DNA from: Candidatus Latescibacterota bacterium | GTDB taxonomy: Bacteria > Latescibacterota > UBA2968 > UBA8231 | Assembly (NCBI GenBank): GCA_965203175.1 | Contig: OZ241867.1 | Location: 5,920,001-5,984,000, forward strand | Direction: 5' to 3' | DNA: 64,000 bases | In this document: piece after piece, positions 19,252-29,456 of the stretch | Layout of the letters: every line of letters begins with the position of its first letter | Position numbering within the stretch: position 1 is the stretch's first letter | Position numbers and translations under genes: made by a program | Notes under the pieces: generated by a model | What the model was told of the DNA's origin: nothing | Seen by the model: the letters and a program-made list of their open reading frames with translations, nothing else | The model's database searches: none

Positions 19252-20055
19252 ATGCAACCCCTCTCAACCCCCTACCCCATCCACCCCAAGAAAAAGCTCG
19301 GCCAAAACTTCCTCACCGACGACGCCGTCCTGCGCCGCGAAGTAGCTTGCGCCGACATTGCGGCCGGGGATACGGTGCTGGAGATCGGAGCTGGAATCGG
19401 CAATCTGACGCAGTTGCTGCTGGAGAAAGCCGGGCAGGTCGTGGCCGTGGAGCAAGACCGCCAGTTCGCTCCGTGTCTCAAGGAATTGCAGCAACAGCAC
19501 GAGCATCTCAAGGTGGTGTGGGGCGATGCGCTGGTCGTGGATTTTCCGCGCTTTGACAAGGCGGTGGCCAACCTGCCCTATCAAGTGGCCCTGCCGCTTG
19601 TCTTCAAGCTGCTAAACCAGCGCTTCGAGCGGGCCGTGCTCATGCTGCCCAAGCGGCTGGCCCAGCGGCTGTGCGCCACCGTCGGCCAACAGGGCTATAG
19701 TCGGATTGGCGTCACCGTCGGGCGGCTGGCCCAAGTGGAGTGGATTGAGCAGGTGGGCAAGGACGCCTTTTTCCCCCGCCCCGAGGTCGAGAGCGCGCTC
19801 GTACTCATCAAGCGCACCAAGCCCAAGTTTGCCGTGCCGTCCGATGATTTCTTCCGCCAGGTCTTGGAAAGCCTCTTTGCCCGCCGCCAAGCACGCGTCC
19901 AACAGATCGTCCCCGCAGCCGCCCTTGCCAGCCTGAGCAAGAAAATCAAGAACAAACCCGTGTACACCGTCACGCCGCGCGAGTTCGGCGCAATCACCCG
20001 CGCTTGGTGGCCGCTCAGCCAGCCAACTCCGCGAACGCCTCGCGCCCCCGCCTGA
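19252..20055 (+). CDS. rsmA: 16S rRNA m6,2A dimethyltransferase (KsgA/Dim1 family)
   Basis: KKLGQNFL, VLEIGAGIG, NLPY and FFPRPEVES motifs. Confidence 0.85.
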   Translation: MQPLSTPYPIHPKKKLGQNFLTDDAVLRREVACADIAAGDTVLEIGAGIGNLTQLLLEKAGQVVAVEQDRQFAPCLKELQQQHEHLKVVWGDALVVDFPRFDKAVANLPYQVALPLVFKLLNQRFERAVLMLPKRLAQRLCATVGQQGYSRIGVTVGRLAQVEWIEQVGKDAFFPRPEVESALVLIKRTKPKFAVPSDDFFRQVLESLFARRQARVQQIVPAAALASLSKKIKNKPVYTVTPREFGAITRAWWPLSQPTPRTPRAPA

Positions 20056-21460
20056 ACAGTTCCCTCACATCCTCGCGCTGCTGGTCGTTGTTGTAGCGGC
20101 CATACGAATCGATCCACTTGAGCGATTCGTCAATCGAGCGGAGGAAGAAATTCGCGTCCGCCTCGCGCTCGGCTGGCGGCGCACCGCAGTGGAAATAGCT
20201 CGGGCTCGAATGCGCGTAAATGGACTGGTCGAAACTGTCGCGCGAATCGCCCCACAGCCGGGCGGCAACCCAGCCATCGCGCTCGGCCCTGAAGCCGTGG
20301 CGCAATGCGCCTTCGCGTCGCCCTTCGGGCCATTCCCAGCGCTCGACTACCGCGCCGTTGGCCACCAACTCGGCGCGCTCAATCGGGTAAAACGAGCTAA
20401 AGGTCACTTCGGCCTCTAACTCCGTGCTACTGCCGCATTCCACAGTGTCGCCCATCGGACGCCCATTGAGCGCGAGTTGGAGCGCCGGGCCGTTGGTTAT
20501 GAAGGTCCGCCCCTGTTTCATGCCCTCGATCCAGTTCGCATACGAAAATTCCCCATCCACTTGGACGTACACGCGGTTGTTGGAGCACACAAACCAATCC
20601 GTACCAGTCGAGGCCGGCAGCCGCAGGCCGCAGTTGAGGAGTTTGTACCAAAGATCGTATTCCGGATCCATCCAAAAGGGGTCGAACAGATTGAAGGCGT
20701 CCAGCTTGCCCAACGCCGCAGCTACCGGGGCCTCCATGCCGCGGCCGTTGTGGCACCAGATGACCAAGCCGCCCTGTTCGCGGGCGTCGTCGCAGCAAAA
20801 GCACAAGGGCGGGTAGTCCGGATCGAATTGCCCGGCAAGGGTGTGGCCGCGGCTGACGGGCTGCACGAGGTTGCGGATGTTGAGCAACATCACGTGGCCG
20901 TAGCCCATGCCCCACGGCGAATTGTCTCCGTAGTGACGGTTTTCCTCGCCAATGTCGAGGACGTGATGGGCAGTCGTAAACTCGTTCATCACACCAATGG
21001 GATACTTGTTGGAGGCGTAGGGCAATTGGCGGCGGTCGAGCACGCTGACGCAGGTGACGTTGTACCCCTCGACGCTGCAATCAATCCCGAGCCGCTCGTC
21101 GGGCCGGGTCTCCTTCTCGTCGTAGTGAATGTGCGTGTTGCCCGGATACCAAGCATCCTCTTGGGGGCTATACCAGCGGCGCAGCGGAATCTCCACCTCG
21201 ACGCGGCCCTTGGCGGGCAATTCGACGGTTGTGCGATAGGGTTCGTACTCCGTGCCGCGCTCGACCAGCACATCCGTGCGCCCCCGGCTGCCTTCGACGG
21301 CAAACGCGCCATCGCAAAAGAAAAACGGCGTGCCCGGGCCGCGCTTCAACATGGAGTTCAGCGGATGGGAAAAGGTGCCCGAGGCGTTGAGTACGTGGAC
21401 TTTGGCGTCGAGCGATTCGCCGGAGACTGCATCGATAATCGTGCCGTGCAAGGTGCCCAT
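20015..21460 (-). CDS. CehA/McbA-family PHP-like metallohydrolase
   Basis: GNTHIH, YGHV, WYKLLNCG.RLPASTGTD and TFITNGP motifs. Confidence 0.78.
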   Translation of the reverse strand: MGTLHGTIIDAVSGESLDAKVHVLNASGTFSHPLNSMLKRGPGTPFFFCDGAFAVEGSRGRTDVLVERGTEYEPYRTTVELPAKGRVEVEIPLRRWYSPQEDAWYPGNTHIHYDEKETRPDERLGIDCSVEGYNVTCVSVLDRRQLPYASNKYPIGVMNEFTTAHHVLDIGEENRHYGDNSPWGMGYGHVMLLNIRNLVQPVSRGHTLAGQFDPDYPPLCFCCDDAREQGGLVIWCHNGRGMEAPVAAALGKLDAFNLFDPFWMDPEYDLWYKLLNCGLRLPASTGTDWFVCSNNRVYVQVDGEFSYANWIEGMKQGRTFITNGPALQLALNGRPMGDTVECGSSTELEAEVTFSSFYPIERAELVANGAVVERWEWPEGRREGALRHGFRAERDGWVAARLWGDSRDSFDQSIYAHSSPSYFHCGAPPAEREADANFFLRSIDESLKWIDSYGRYNNDQQREDVRELFRRGREAFAELAG

Positions 21461-21471
21461 AACGCCTCCTG

Positions 21472-22521
21472 TCAGTTGAGCGAATACGTTTCGTACGGAG
21501 CCGTGCAGGGATTGCCGCGGCTGATGTGCATGCGGCCTTGATCGGCCTCAATCACCACCGAAAACACGCTCGCCCAAAAGCCGGTCTGCGGATGGTCGTT
21601 AACGTGGCGGCAAATGGAATACGGATGCCGGTCGTGGTCGCACAGGGCCGCTTGCACCTGCGCCATGCTCACGAGCCGCTCGGGGCCGAGCAACTGTTCG
21701 ATGCGTTGGTGGCGCGGGACGGACTCAATCAGTTCGGGAAATTCGCGATTGATCGGCACCAGTTCCGGGTGCAAGCAGTGATTGGTGTGGACGACGAGCT
21801 CGTCGTCGCGCAAGACGTGGACATGGCCCAAGGTGAGTTCGAGATCGGCCGGTCCCTGCGGAGTGGCGAGGAGGACATTGCCGGGAATGGCGCGGTCGGC
21901 CCGGCGCACCGCGGCGACCGCATCGCTGAGCGAAGTCTGTTCGTAAATGGCGCGCACGGCAAAGTAGTGCGGGACGCCGACCGGACGGCTGGGGGCCGGC
22001 AGGGTGTTCATGCAGACGCCCATACCCGCGTCGTTGCAGCCGATGTAGGCTATGAGACCCGCTTGGGTGACGTTCATCAGCGCGGGCTTGCCAGCCGGAC
22101 GGCGCGTCAGCACAATCGTGAAGGGGTCCAGCGCGGGGTCGTTGTCCCAGTTTTGCGCGGCAATCGCCCGGCCCTCAACGCTGCGCTGGGGAGCGATGGC
22201 AAAGCCCGTGCAGGCCGCGTCCTCCTCCGGGCAAAGCTGATTGCGCACCTGCAAGAGCATCATCTCCTCGAGCGAGACGCCCGCACCCTCGCTCGTGCCG
22301 CGCAACTCGTCGAGCATGTCGGGCGCGTACGCAGCCGCACAATCCATGCTCTGGCGGCTTATGTCCATGGCGCGCTCGCGCGAGACAGGCACGGTCTTGT
22401 TGACGCGCTCTAAGGCAATGGCGGCAAAGCCGCGTATTTCGTCGCGGGCGGCCTCCCCGATCTGGCGGCCCAACTCGCGCGGCGGGCCGCTGACTTCAAT
22501 GTGGTGGTAACGGGTACTCAT
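21472..22521 (-). CDS. Peptidase C45 / acyl-CoA:6-APA acyltransferase-like Ntn hydrolase
   Basis: ACT nucleophile site; AQNWD, HTNH and SICRH motifs. Confidence 0.85.
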   Translation of the reverse strand: MSTRYHHIEVSGPPRELGRQIGEAARDEIRGFAAIALERVNKTVPVSRERAMDISRQSMDCAAAYAPDMLDELRGTSEGAGVSLEEMMLLQVRNQLCPEEDAACTGFAIAPQRSVEGRAIAAQNWDNDPALDPFTIVLTRRPAGKPALMNVTQAGLIAYIGCNDAGMGVCMNTLPAPSRPVGVPHYFAVRAIYEQTSLSDAVAAVRRADRAIPGNVLLATPQGPADLELTLGHVHVLRDDELVVHTNHCLHPELVPINREFPELIESVPRHQRIEQLLGPERLVSMAQVQAALCDHDRHPYSICRHVNDHPQTGFWASVFSVVIEADQGRMHISRGNPCTAPYETYSLN

Positions 22522-22536
22522 GTTCGCTCCTTTGGC

Positions 22537-23511
22537 TCAGGGCCGCACTTGTAGGACGACCTTGCCGATGTTGCGGTTTTGCCGCAGGATGTCCTGGGCT
22601 TCGGCCGCGCGCTCAATGGGCAGCACATCCTCGATCACAGCGCGCATGCGCCCGTCTATTAGCAGCGGCCAGAAGCGCTCTTTGAAGGCCGCGATGATCG
22701 CGGTTTTCTCCTCGTCCGAGCGGCTGCGCAAAACCGAGCCGATCAGGCGCAGCCGCTTTTTCTGCAATTCCAAGAGGTCAATATGGGCCTCGGCACCGGT
22801 CAAAACGGCGATGATCACGAGGCGGCCCCTGGACTTGAGCAACTGCACATTACGCGCCAAGTAGTCGGCCCCCGCGATGTCGAGGATAACATCGACCCCA
22901 TCGGTGTGGGCGAGAATGGCCTCGGCAAAATCCCGCTCCTTGTAGTTGACCCCAAACTCCGCGCCCAGCGCTAGGCAGCACGCCACCTTGGCGTCCGTGC
23001 CAGCCGTGACAATCACCTTAGCATCGGCTTGGTGACACAACTGCACCGCGGCCGTGCCCACGCCGCTGCCCCCGCCGTGGATGAGGGCAGTTTCGCCCGC
23101 GTGCAAGCCGGCTTCGCGGAACAAGTTGACAAATGCGGTGAGAAAAACCTCGCAGATGGCCGCGCCCCAAGTGAAGTCGCGCTCGGCGGGCAGGGGCAGC
23201 AAATGGGTAGCGGGAACGGCCACGCGCTCGGCATACCCACCGCCGGAGAGCAGGCCGAGGACGCGGTCGCCGGGCTGCCACTGCGTTACAGTCTCGCCCG
23301 TGGCGGCGACCACACCCGCCATTTCCAAGCCCATATAAGGAGATGCGCCCGGAGGCGGAGGGTAGTTGCCAGCGCGCTGGAGGAGATCGGCGCGATTGAC
23401 GGCTGTGGCATGTATATCGACGAGAACCTCGCCCGGGCCACAGGTGGGATCTGGGACCTCTTGCCAGCAGAGCGAGTGGTCCGCATCATTGGCTACGGTT
23501 ATGGCTTTCAT
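22537..23511 (-). CDS. NAD(P)H-quinone oxidoreductase, PIG3 family
   Basis: VNRADLLQR.G.YPPPPG, HGGGSGVG and NIGKVVL motifs. Confidence 0.92.
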   Translation of the reverse strand: MKAITVANDADHSLCWQEVPDPTCGPGEVLVDIHATAVNRADLLQRAGNYPPPPGASPYMGLEMAGVVAATGETVTQWQPGDRVLGLLSGGGYAERVAVPATHLLPLPAERDFTWGAAICEVFLTAFVNLFREAGLHAGETALIHGGGSGVGTAAVQLCHQADAKVIVTAGTDAKVACCLALGAEFGVNYKERDFAEAILAHTDGVDVILDIAGADYLARNVQLLKSRGRLVIIAVLTGAEAHIDLLELQKKRLRLIGSVLRSRSDEEKTAIIAAFKERFWPLLIDGRMRAVIEDVLPIERAAEAQDILRQNRNIGKVVLQVRP

Positions 23512-23608
23512 GGCCTATACTCTGATGTATTGGGAAGTGAAGCGCAAGCTTGACGGACCGAGGGACCAGCGTAGATTTCCAAGCTGCCTTTAACGAAACG
23601 CATTCGAC

Positions 23609-24115
23609 ATGACCAATATCGAGATCAAAGCCCACTACCCAGACGTCGAGCGCGCCGAAGAAAACCTCAACGCCCTCGGCGCAGGACTGGCGGGGACCTT
23701 CCACCAGAAGGATACCTATTTCAACATCGACCAAGGGCGGCTCAAGCTGCGCGAGATGGGCGTCGATGAGGGCCATCTGATTTTCTACCAGCGCGAGGAC
23801 CTAGCCGGCCCCAAGCGCAGCGACTACGAGATTGCCAAGACCGAAGATCCAGAGGGCTTGCGCAACATCCTCAGCGGCATCCACGGCGTCTGGGTCGAGG
23901 TGGAAAAGACGCGCCAAGTCTGGCTGTGGGAAAACGTGCGCATCCACCTCGACGACGTAAAGGGCCTCGGCCAGTTCGTCGAGTTAGAGGCCGTGACCGA
24001 AGAAAAGGGCATCGAAGAGTCGCACCGGCGCGTAGAAACTCTGATGCGGGCATTGGAAATCACCAGCGACCAGCTAGTCAAAGGCTCTTACGGGGATATT
24101 GTCGCCGCGAGCTGA
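23609..24115 (+). CDS. CYTH / class IV adenylate cyclase-family protein
   Basis: NIEIKA, QKDTYF, RLKLR and RIHLDDVKGLGQFVELE motifs. Confidence 0.9.
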   Translation: MTNIEIKAHYPDVERAEENLNALGAGLAGTFHQKDTYFNIDQGRLKLREMGVDEGHLIFYQREDLAGPKRSDYEIAKTEDPEGLRNILSGIHGVWVEVEKTRQVWLWENVRIHLDDVKGLGQFVELEAVTEEKGIEESHRRVETLMRALEITSDQLVKGSYGDIVAAS

Positions 24116-24228
24116 CCTTCCTCCACCGGCTGCCCGGCGTCGAAATCGGCCGTCACCGCGCCATCCTAGCCGAACCATAAGCGTCTACTTGGCTTCTTAC
24201 TAGCGCTCGGAGCCGGCCTGTCCCTCCC

Positions 24229-25587
24229 CTACTCAAACAACCCTTCCACCTCGTCGCAGAGCAGAGCGGCTTCCGCGGTGCTGGCGCTCTCGGCGATGAC
24301 GCGGACAATGGGTTCGGTGTTGGAGGCGCGGAGGTGAACCCAAGGGCATTCGAGTTGTCCACTCAGGTAGAGCTTGGAACCATCGCACACCGGGTGGACA
24401 TGCGCCTGGGGATAGCGTTCGCGCAAAGCAGCAATAGCAGCGTCTAACTGCTCTGAAGTACAAGTAATTTTGCGCTTGTTGATCGCGTAGCTGGGCAGCG
24501 CAGCGATTAGCTCTTCAAGTGATTGTCCGGTACATGCCATAGCCTCCAGCACTAGGGCCAAACCGACGGCCGCGTCGCGGCTGGGGCCGATTTGGGTGAC
24601 GATGACGCCGCCGTTGCCCTCGCCGCCGATGACAGCTTCCTCAGCCATCATCTTCTCCACCACATGAACCTCGCCGACCGCCGTGAGAAAGACCGGGCAG
24701 TCGTGGGCAATGGCCGCGTCTGTAACGGCCTGCGAGGTGGAAAGCGTGGTGACGACCGGGCCAGGCTGCCGCGCCGCCACCGCTTGCACCGCTAGTGCGA
24801 GCGTGTAGTCTTCGCCCACGGGCGCGCCGCTCGAATCGACTAACGCGACGCGGTCGGCGTCTGGGTCGATGGCAAAGCCGATGGCGCAGCCGCCGTCGCG
24901 TACGGCCTGACCGAGCTGGACGAGATTGGTGGGCACCGGCTCTGGGTCGTGAGCAAAATCTCCGTCGGGCCGCGCGTTAATGAGCGTGGCTTCAACGCCC
25001 AAGACGTCCAGCAGGCTTGGAACCACCAAGGCCCCCGTGCCATTGCAGGGATCGATGGCCACCTTGAATCCAGCCCGGCGAATGGCGTCAGCATCGACAT
25101 AGTCCACAATCTGCTGGACATGGCGCGCCACTACTGCGTCTGAGTCGATCGTTTCCAGCGCGCCGGACGCGGCGCAGCGAAACTCGCCCGAGTGGAAGAG
25201 GGCTTCGACGCGCGCGCCCTCTTCCGCATTGAGAAAGACGCCGTCGGCGCGCACCAGCTTGAGGCCGTTCCAAGGAGTTGGGTTATGGCTAGCAGTGATG
25301 ATGATCGCGCCCTTGGCATCGAGCGCAGAGATCATCAGCTTGGCTCCCGGCGTGGAACACATGCCCAAATCGACGACGCGGCAGCCCGTCTGACGCAGAG
25401 CGACGGCCGCCGCTTGGGCAAAATCCCCTCCAGACGGGCGCGTATCGCGGGCGAGGACGACGGTGTCACCCGGCGTCAAGGTAGTGCCAAAGGCCGCAGC
25501 AAAACGGGCGACGACCTCATCGGTGAGCGACTGGCCGACGAGGCCGCGAATCCCAGAAATGCTGACGATGAGCGGAGCATTAGACAT
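24229..25587 (-). CDS. Phosphohexomutase (phosphoglucosamine mutase/PMM family)
   Basis: SISGIRG, ITASHNP, DPDADR, GGEGNGG and RASNTEP motifs. Confidence 0.92.
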   Translation of the reverse strand: MSNAPLIVSISGIRGLVGQSLTDEVVARFAAAFGTTLTPGDTVVLARDTRPSGGDFAQAAAVALRQTGCRVVDLGMCSTPGAKLMISALDAKGAIIITASHNPTPWNGLKLVRADGVFLNAEEGARVEALFHSGEFRCAASGALETIDSDAVVARHVQQIVDYVDADAIRRAGFKVAIDPCNGTGALVVPSLLDVLGVEATLINARPDGDFAHDPEPVPTNLVQLGQAVRDGGCAIGFAIDPDADRVALVDSSGAPVGEDYTLALAVQAVAARQPGPVVTTLSTSQAVTDAAIAHDCPVFLTAVGEVHVVEKMMAEEAVIGGEGNGGVIVTQIGPSRDAAVGLALVLEAMACTGQSLEELIAALPSYAINKRKITCTSEQLDAAIAALRERYPQAHVHPVCDGSKLYLSGQLECPWVHLRASNTEPIVRVIAESASTAEAALLCDEVEGLFE

Positions 25588-25601
25588 AAACTTTTTCTTT
25601 C

Positions 25602-26390
25602 TCAGAGCTTTTCGACGACAAGAGTAGCGCGGCGTTGCACACCTAATTGACGAGCGGCATTGCCACCGTTGACCGCAACCTCCAACAGACCAGCGCTGCC
25701 GATCAAAGCAAGCGGCACACTCAGCTCGACATCCTCATACGTGCGGCAAAGTTCCGTAAGCACATGCCCGCCGAGGCGGATGCGCAGCGCGGCACCCCAC
25801 GGCGCAATATCAGCGGCCGCAATGTTGCTCACCAAGTTGCCAAAGCCGTCGATGTGGATGACGTGGCCGGCGATGCGGTCAGCCGATTTACAAGGTGCGG
25901 ATTCGGCCAAACACACCGGATCGGCCACCGGCGGACCGACGTCAGCAAGGTCCAAGCCGCGGCAGAGGTGGGCGGCCAGCGGAGCAAAGAGGTCGCGGCC
26001 GTGAAAGGTGCTGCTCGGGTTAGGCCGACCGAGGTCGGGTCGGGCGATCTCGTGTACCCAGCTGTCGGCGCAATCGAGGACAAAGCTAAAGAGGCCGTTA
26101 TCCGGCCCCACCCACAAGTGGCCGCTACTCTGGAGGACGAGAGGACGTCGCCGCGTACCTACGCCGGAATCGACAACGGCTAGATGAACGGTGCCGGGTG
26201 GGAACTCGCGCGCGGCGTGGCGCAAAACAAAAGCGGCGGCAAGCACATCTTGAGGTGGAATCTGGTGAGAAATATCCACGAGCTGGGCCTCCGGTGCGAT
26301 GCCCAAGATGACCCCCTTCATCGCGCCGACGTAGTAATCGCCCTCGCCAAAATCCGTCGTCAGCGTGACGATTGGGGGCGCACGCCGCAT
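25602..26390 (-). CDS. SAM hydroxide adenosyltransferase / chlorinase-fluorinase family (DUF62)
   Basis: TLTTDFG, VGAMKGV, VVDSGVG, PDNG, STFHGRD and DGFGN motifs. Confidence 0.9.
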   Translation of the reverse strand: MRRAPPIVTLTTDFGEGDYYVGAMKGVILGIAPEAQLVDISHQIPPQDVLAAAFVLRHAAREFPPGTVHLAVVDSGVGTRRRPLVLQSSGHLWVGPDNGLFSFVLDCADSWVHEIARPDLGRPNPSSTFHGRDLFAPLAAHLCRGLDLADVGPPVADPVCLAESAPCKSADRIAGHVIHIDGFGNLVSNIAAADIAPWGAALRIRLGGHVLTELCRTYEDVELSVPLALIGSAGLLEVAVNGGNAARQLGVQRRATLVVEKL

Positions 26391-26572
26391 GAGTTTATTC
26401 TGCATTTTGCACGCATACCTCCCGCTTTCCAAGTATAGCGACATATCCAATTCGCCGCTTGCGTCCCTCTGTTGATACCAAGCGGCTCGGGCCTTAGATT
26501 TGCCGTCAAATCCCACCCCTGCCCTTTGCAGCGTTCAGTCTGGCCCCAGTGGGGGCCACAAGGAGAATCGCC

Positions 26573-27583
26573 ATGGCCGTCAAAAGCCACATTGAAATAG
26601 CGCCCGGCCTCAAGGTCGCGGCCCAAATGTCCCCTGAGCCGAGCGACGAGGAAATGGCCTTTGTGCGGCAGATGGGCGTCGAATACGCCGTGACTTGGAT
26701 CGATTCGGCCAAGGCCAGCCCCGAGTACTATCGCAGCCGCCGGGAGCACTTTGCCCGCGGCGGCATCCAACTCTACGGCTTGGGCAATGGCAGCGTCCAC
26801 AACGTGGATGCGATCACCCTCAACCTGCCCAACCGCGACGGGAAAGTCGCCGAGTACAAGGCGCACATCCGCAACCTAGGCCAAGCCGACATTCCCTACA
26901 CGACCTATGCCCACATGGCCAACAGCGTGTGGAGCACGCCGCCGGAGCAGACCCGGGGCGGATCTAGGGCGCGGGCCTTTGACATGGCGCGGCTCGCCGA
27001 GGCTTCCGGCGGCGGCTTTACCGGCGAGGGCCTGACGCACGACCGCGAATACACCGAGGAAGAGCTGTGGGACAACTTCGCCTCCTTTGCCGTGGAAATC
27101 GCGCCGGTCGCTGAGGAAGCCGGCGTCCGCATAGGCATTCATCCCGACGACCCGCCCGGGGTGCCGTTGGGCGGCGTGCCCCGACCCATTTTTAGCAGCT
27201 TCGACGGGTACAAACGCGCCCTCGAAATCGCCGACAGCCCCAACGTGGGAATGTGCTTGTGCATCGGCTGCTGGCTGGAGGGCGGCGAGGCCATGGGCCG
27301 CGACGTGGTGGAGACAATCCGCTACTTCGGCGGGCAGGGCAAGATATTCAAGGTCCACTACCGCAACGTAGATAAGCCGCTGCCGCACTTTGTCGAGACC
27401 TTTGTCGACGATGGATACTTCGACATGTACCAGGCCATGCGCGCGCTGGCCGAAGTCGGCTACGACGGCACCTTGATCCCGGATCACATCCCGCAGATGG
27501 GCGACGACGGGCGGCTGGGCACGGCTTACACACTGGCTTACATGCGCGCCCTGCAAAAGAGGGCCGAAGAAGAAAGGAGTTAG
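26573..27583 (+). CDS. uxuA: Mannonate dehydratase-family protein
   Basis: PVAEEAGV.IGIHPDDPP, VHYRNV, FVETFVDDG and IPDH motifs; AAGGAG RBS. Confidence 0.8.
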   Translation: MAVKSHIEIAPGLKVAAQMSPEPSDEEMAFVRQMGVEYAVTWIDSAKASPEYYRSRREHFARGGIQLYGLGNGSVHNVDAITLNLPNRDGKVAEYKAHIRNLGQADIPYTTYAHMANSVWSTPPEQTRGGSRARAFDMARLAEASGGGFTGEGLTHDREYTEEELWDNFASFAVEIAPVAEEAGVRIGIHPDDPPGVPLGGVPRPIFSSFDGYKRALEIADSPNVGMCLCIGCWLEGGEAMGRDVVETIRYFGGQGKIFKVHYRNVDKPLPHFVETFVDDGYFDMYQAMRALAEVGYDGTLIPDHIPQMGDDGRLGTAYTLAYMRALQKRAEEERS

Positions 27584-27585
27584 AT

Positions 27586-28398
27586 ATGCTGAGCAAGGAA
27601 CAGGTAGCGCAATACCGCGAACAGGGCTATCTCAAAGTCCCCCAACTCTTCGCGCCCGAAGAAACCGAAGAGCTAGCCTCGGAGATGGTGCGAGTAATCG
27701 AACAATGGGGGCAGGAATCCATCGGCTGGGTCGGCCCCTGGCGCGATCGCTACCTCGAAGAAGAAGAGCGGCTCAACACACGGGCGGTCTTCATGCACAA
27801 CCCGCACTTTTACTCGGCCGCTTGGGGCCGAGTCCTCTTTCACGAGGCAATGATCGCCTGCGTGCGGCAACTCATCGACGGCCCCGTGCAGTGGCACCAC
27901 ACAGTCCTGCACGCCAAGCCGCCGGAAAAAGGCACGCCCTTCCCCATGCACCAAGACTATCCATTCTACCCGCACGACGGGCCGGATTTCGTCGACTGCT
28001 TGTTGCACTTAGACGACACGCCGCTGGAGAGCGGTGCGCTGATGGTCGTGCCGGGCAGCCACAAACAGGGGCCGCTGGAGCACGTGTTGGGCCCGGAAAC
28101 CGCCCCGCACCTGCCGCCCGCGCAGTACCATCCCGACCGCCTCGACAGCGTTGCCGTGCCAGCGAAGCGCGGCGACATGATCTTCTTCAGCTACCAGACG
28201 ATCCACTGGTCGGATTGCAACCGCACAGACTCTTGGCGCAAGTCCGTGCGCTTTGGCTATCACAGCACGGCGCTGCGGCCGGTGGGACGCGCTGAGGACA
28301 ATCCGCATCGCATCGACCAAGACAACGTGCTGGATCGCAACAACAACATCGTCGTGGCTGGATTTCGCGACAACGAGATGGAGCCAGCGGCCAGCTAA
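27586..28398 (+). CDS. Phytanoyl-CoA dioxygenase (PhyH) family Fe(II)/2OG enzyme
   Basis: HQD facial triad, VVPGSH and H.S..N motifs. Confidence 0.9.
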   Translation: MLSKEQVAQYREQGYLKVPQLFAPEETEELASEMVRVIEQWGQESIGWVGPWRDRYLEEEERLNTRAVFMHNPHFYSAAWGRVLFHEAMIACVRQLIDGPVQWHHTVLHAKPPEKGTPFPMHQDYPFYPHDGPDFVDCLLHLDDTPLESGALMVVPGSHKQGPLEHVLGPETAPHLPPAQYHPDRLDSVAVPAKRGDMIFFSYQTIHWSDCNRTDSWRKSVRFGYHSTALRPVGRAEDNPHRIDQDNVLDRNNNIVVAGFRDNEMEPAAS

Positions 28399-28409
28399 GG
28401 ACGAGCCTA

Positions 28410-29456
28410 ATGACAGCAAAAGACACAAGTGAAGTCGGCCTGATGCGAGAGGCCAACGATGCCCTCGGCGACAGCGCCGAACTGCGGCGACGACTAGACG
28501 ACCAAGGGTACATCTTCTTGCGGCAGATCATGGCCAAAGACAAGCTGCTATCCCTGCGGCAGGAGATGGCGGAAGTGTTGATGGAAGCCGGGTTTTTAGT
28601 CGCCGGTACAGATCCCATGGACGGTATTGCGCGAATCGACGCGCAGTGCACTGAAGGCGATCCCGAATACGCCGAGATATATCACCGCGTGTACAGCTTA
28701 GAAGCCTTCCACCAAGCCGGACATTGGCCGGAAGTTCTAGCCGTCATGGAACAAGTCGTAGGTGGCCCGGTGCTGCCGCATCCCCAAAAGATCGCCCGGC
28801 TGTGGTTCCCCCAATACACCGAGCACACCACGCCCATGCACCAAGACTTCGTCCACTTCCAAGGCAGTTTCAATACCTATACCTTCTGGGCGCCCGTGGG
28901 CGATTGCCCGCTGGACCTGGGGGGATTGGCGGTGCTGCCCGGATCGCACAAGATCGGCAAAGTGCGCGAGCACCACTTCTCGCTGGGTGCCGGCGGCCTG
29001 GCCGTAGACGAATCCGAACTGACCGGACGCTGGCTCAGCGCGAATTACGAAGCCGGAGACGCGCTAATCTTTCCGAGCCTGACCGTCCACCAAGCCCTGC
29101 CCAACTACACAGAAGATCGCCTGCGCATTTCACTCGACAACCGCTATCAGGCACAGGGAGAGCCGATTGCGCAGCACATGCTGGATCCACACCTGATCGG
29201 CGTCACCGGCTTTAACTGGGACGCCTGTTACGCGGGCTGGCAAAGCGAATCATTACAGTACTATTGGCAGGACTTAGATCTAGAGGTTGTGCCGCAGTCG
29301 TCCCAATGGGGCGATCAAGGGTTTGCCGAGGCCCTGTCCTTAGCAAGCGACGGCGACGAGCGGGCCTTGTACCAATTGCGGCGCATTGCGCGGCGCGATC
29401 CTGAGTCCGAGCGCGGGCAGCAGGCCCTCCAACTCCTACACGAGGTAAATGTATGA
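28410..29456 (+). CDS. PhyH-family Fe(II)/2OG dioxygenase with C-terminal extension
   Basis: TPMHQD, LPGSH and VHQALPN...RISLDNRYQ motifs. Confidence 0.88.
   Translation: MTAKDTSEVGLMREANDALGDSAELRRRLDDQGYIFLRQIMAKDKLLSLRQEMAEVLMEAGFLVAGTDPMDGIARIDAQCTEGDPEYAEIYHRVYSLEAFHQAGHWPEVLAVMEQVVGGPVLPHPQKIARLWFPQYTEHTTPMHQDFVHFQGSFNTYTFWAPVGDCPLDLGGLAVLPGSHKIGKVREHHFSLGAGGLAVDESELTGRWLSANYEAGDALIFPSLTVHQALPNYTEDRLRISLDNRYQAQGEPIAQHMLDPHLIGVTGFNWDACYAGWQSESLQYYWQDLDLEVVPQSSQWGDQGFAEALSLASDGDERALYQLRRIARRDPESERGQQALQLLHEVNV

Noticed and set aside
25602-26390. Halogenase (fluorinase/chlorinase) as a biosynthetic signal
   Set aside because: Housekeeping context with no biosynthetic cluster; most DUF62 members are SAM hydrolases.
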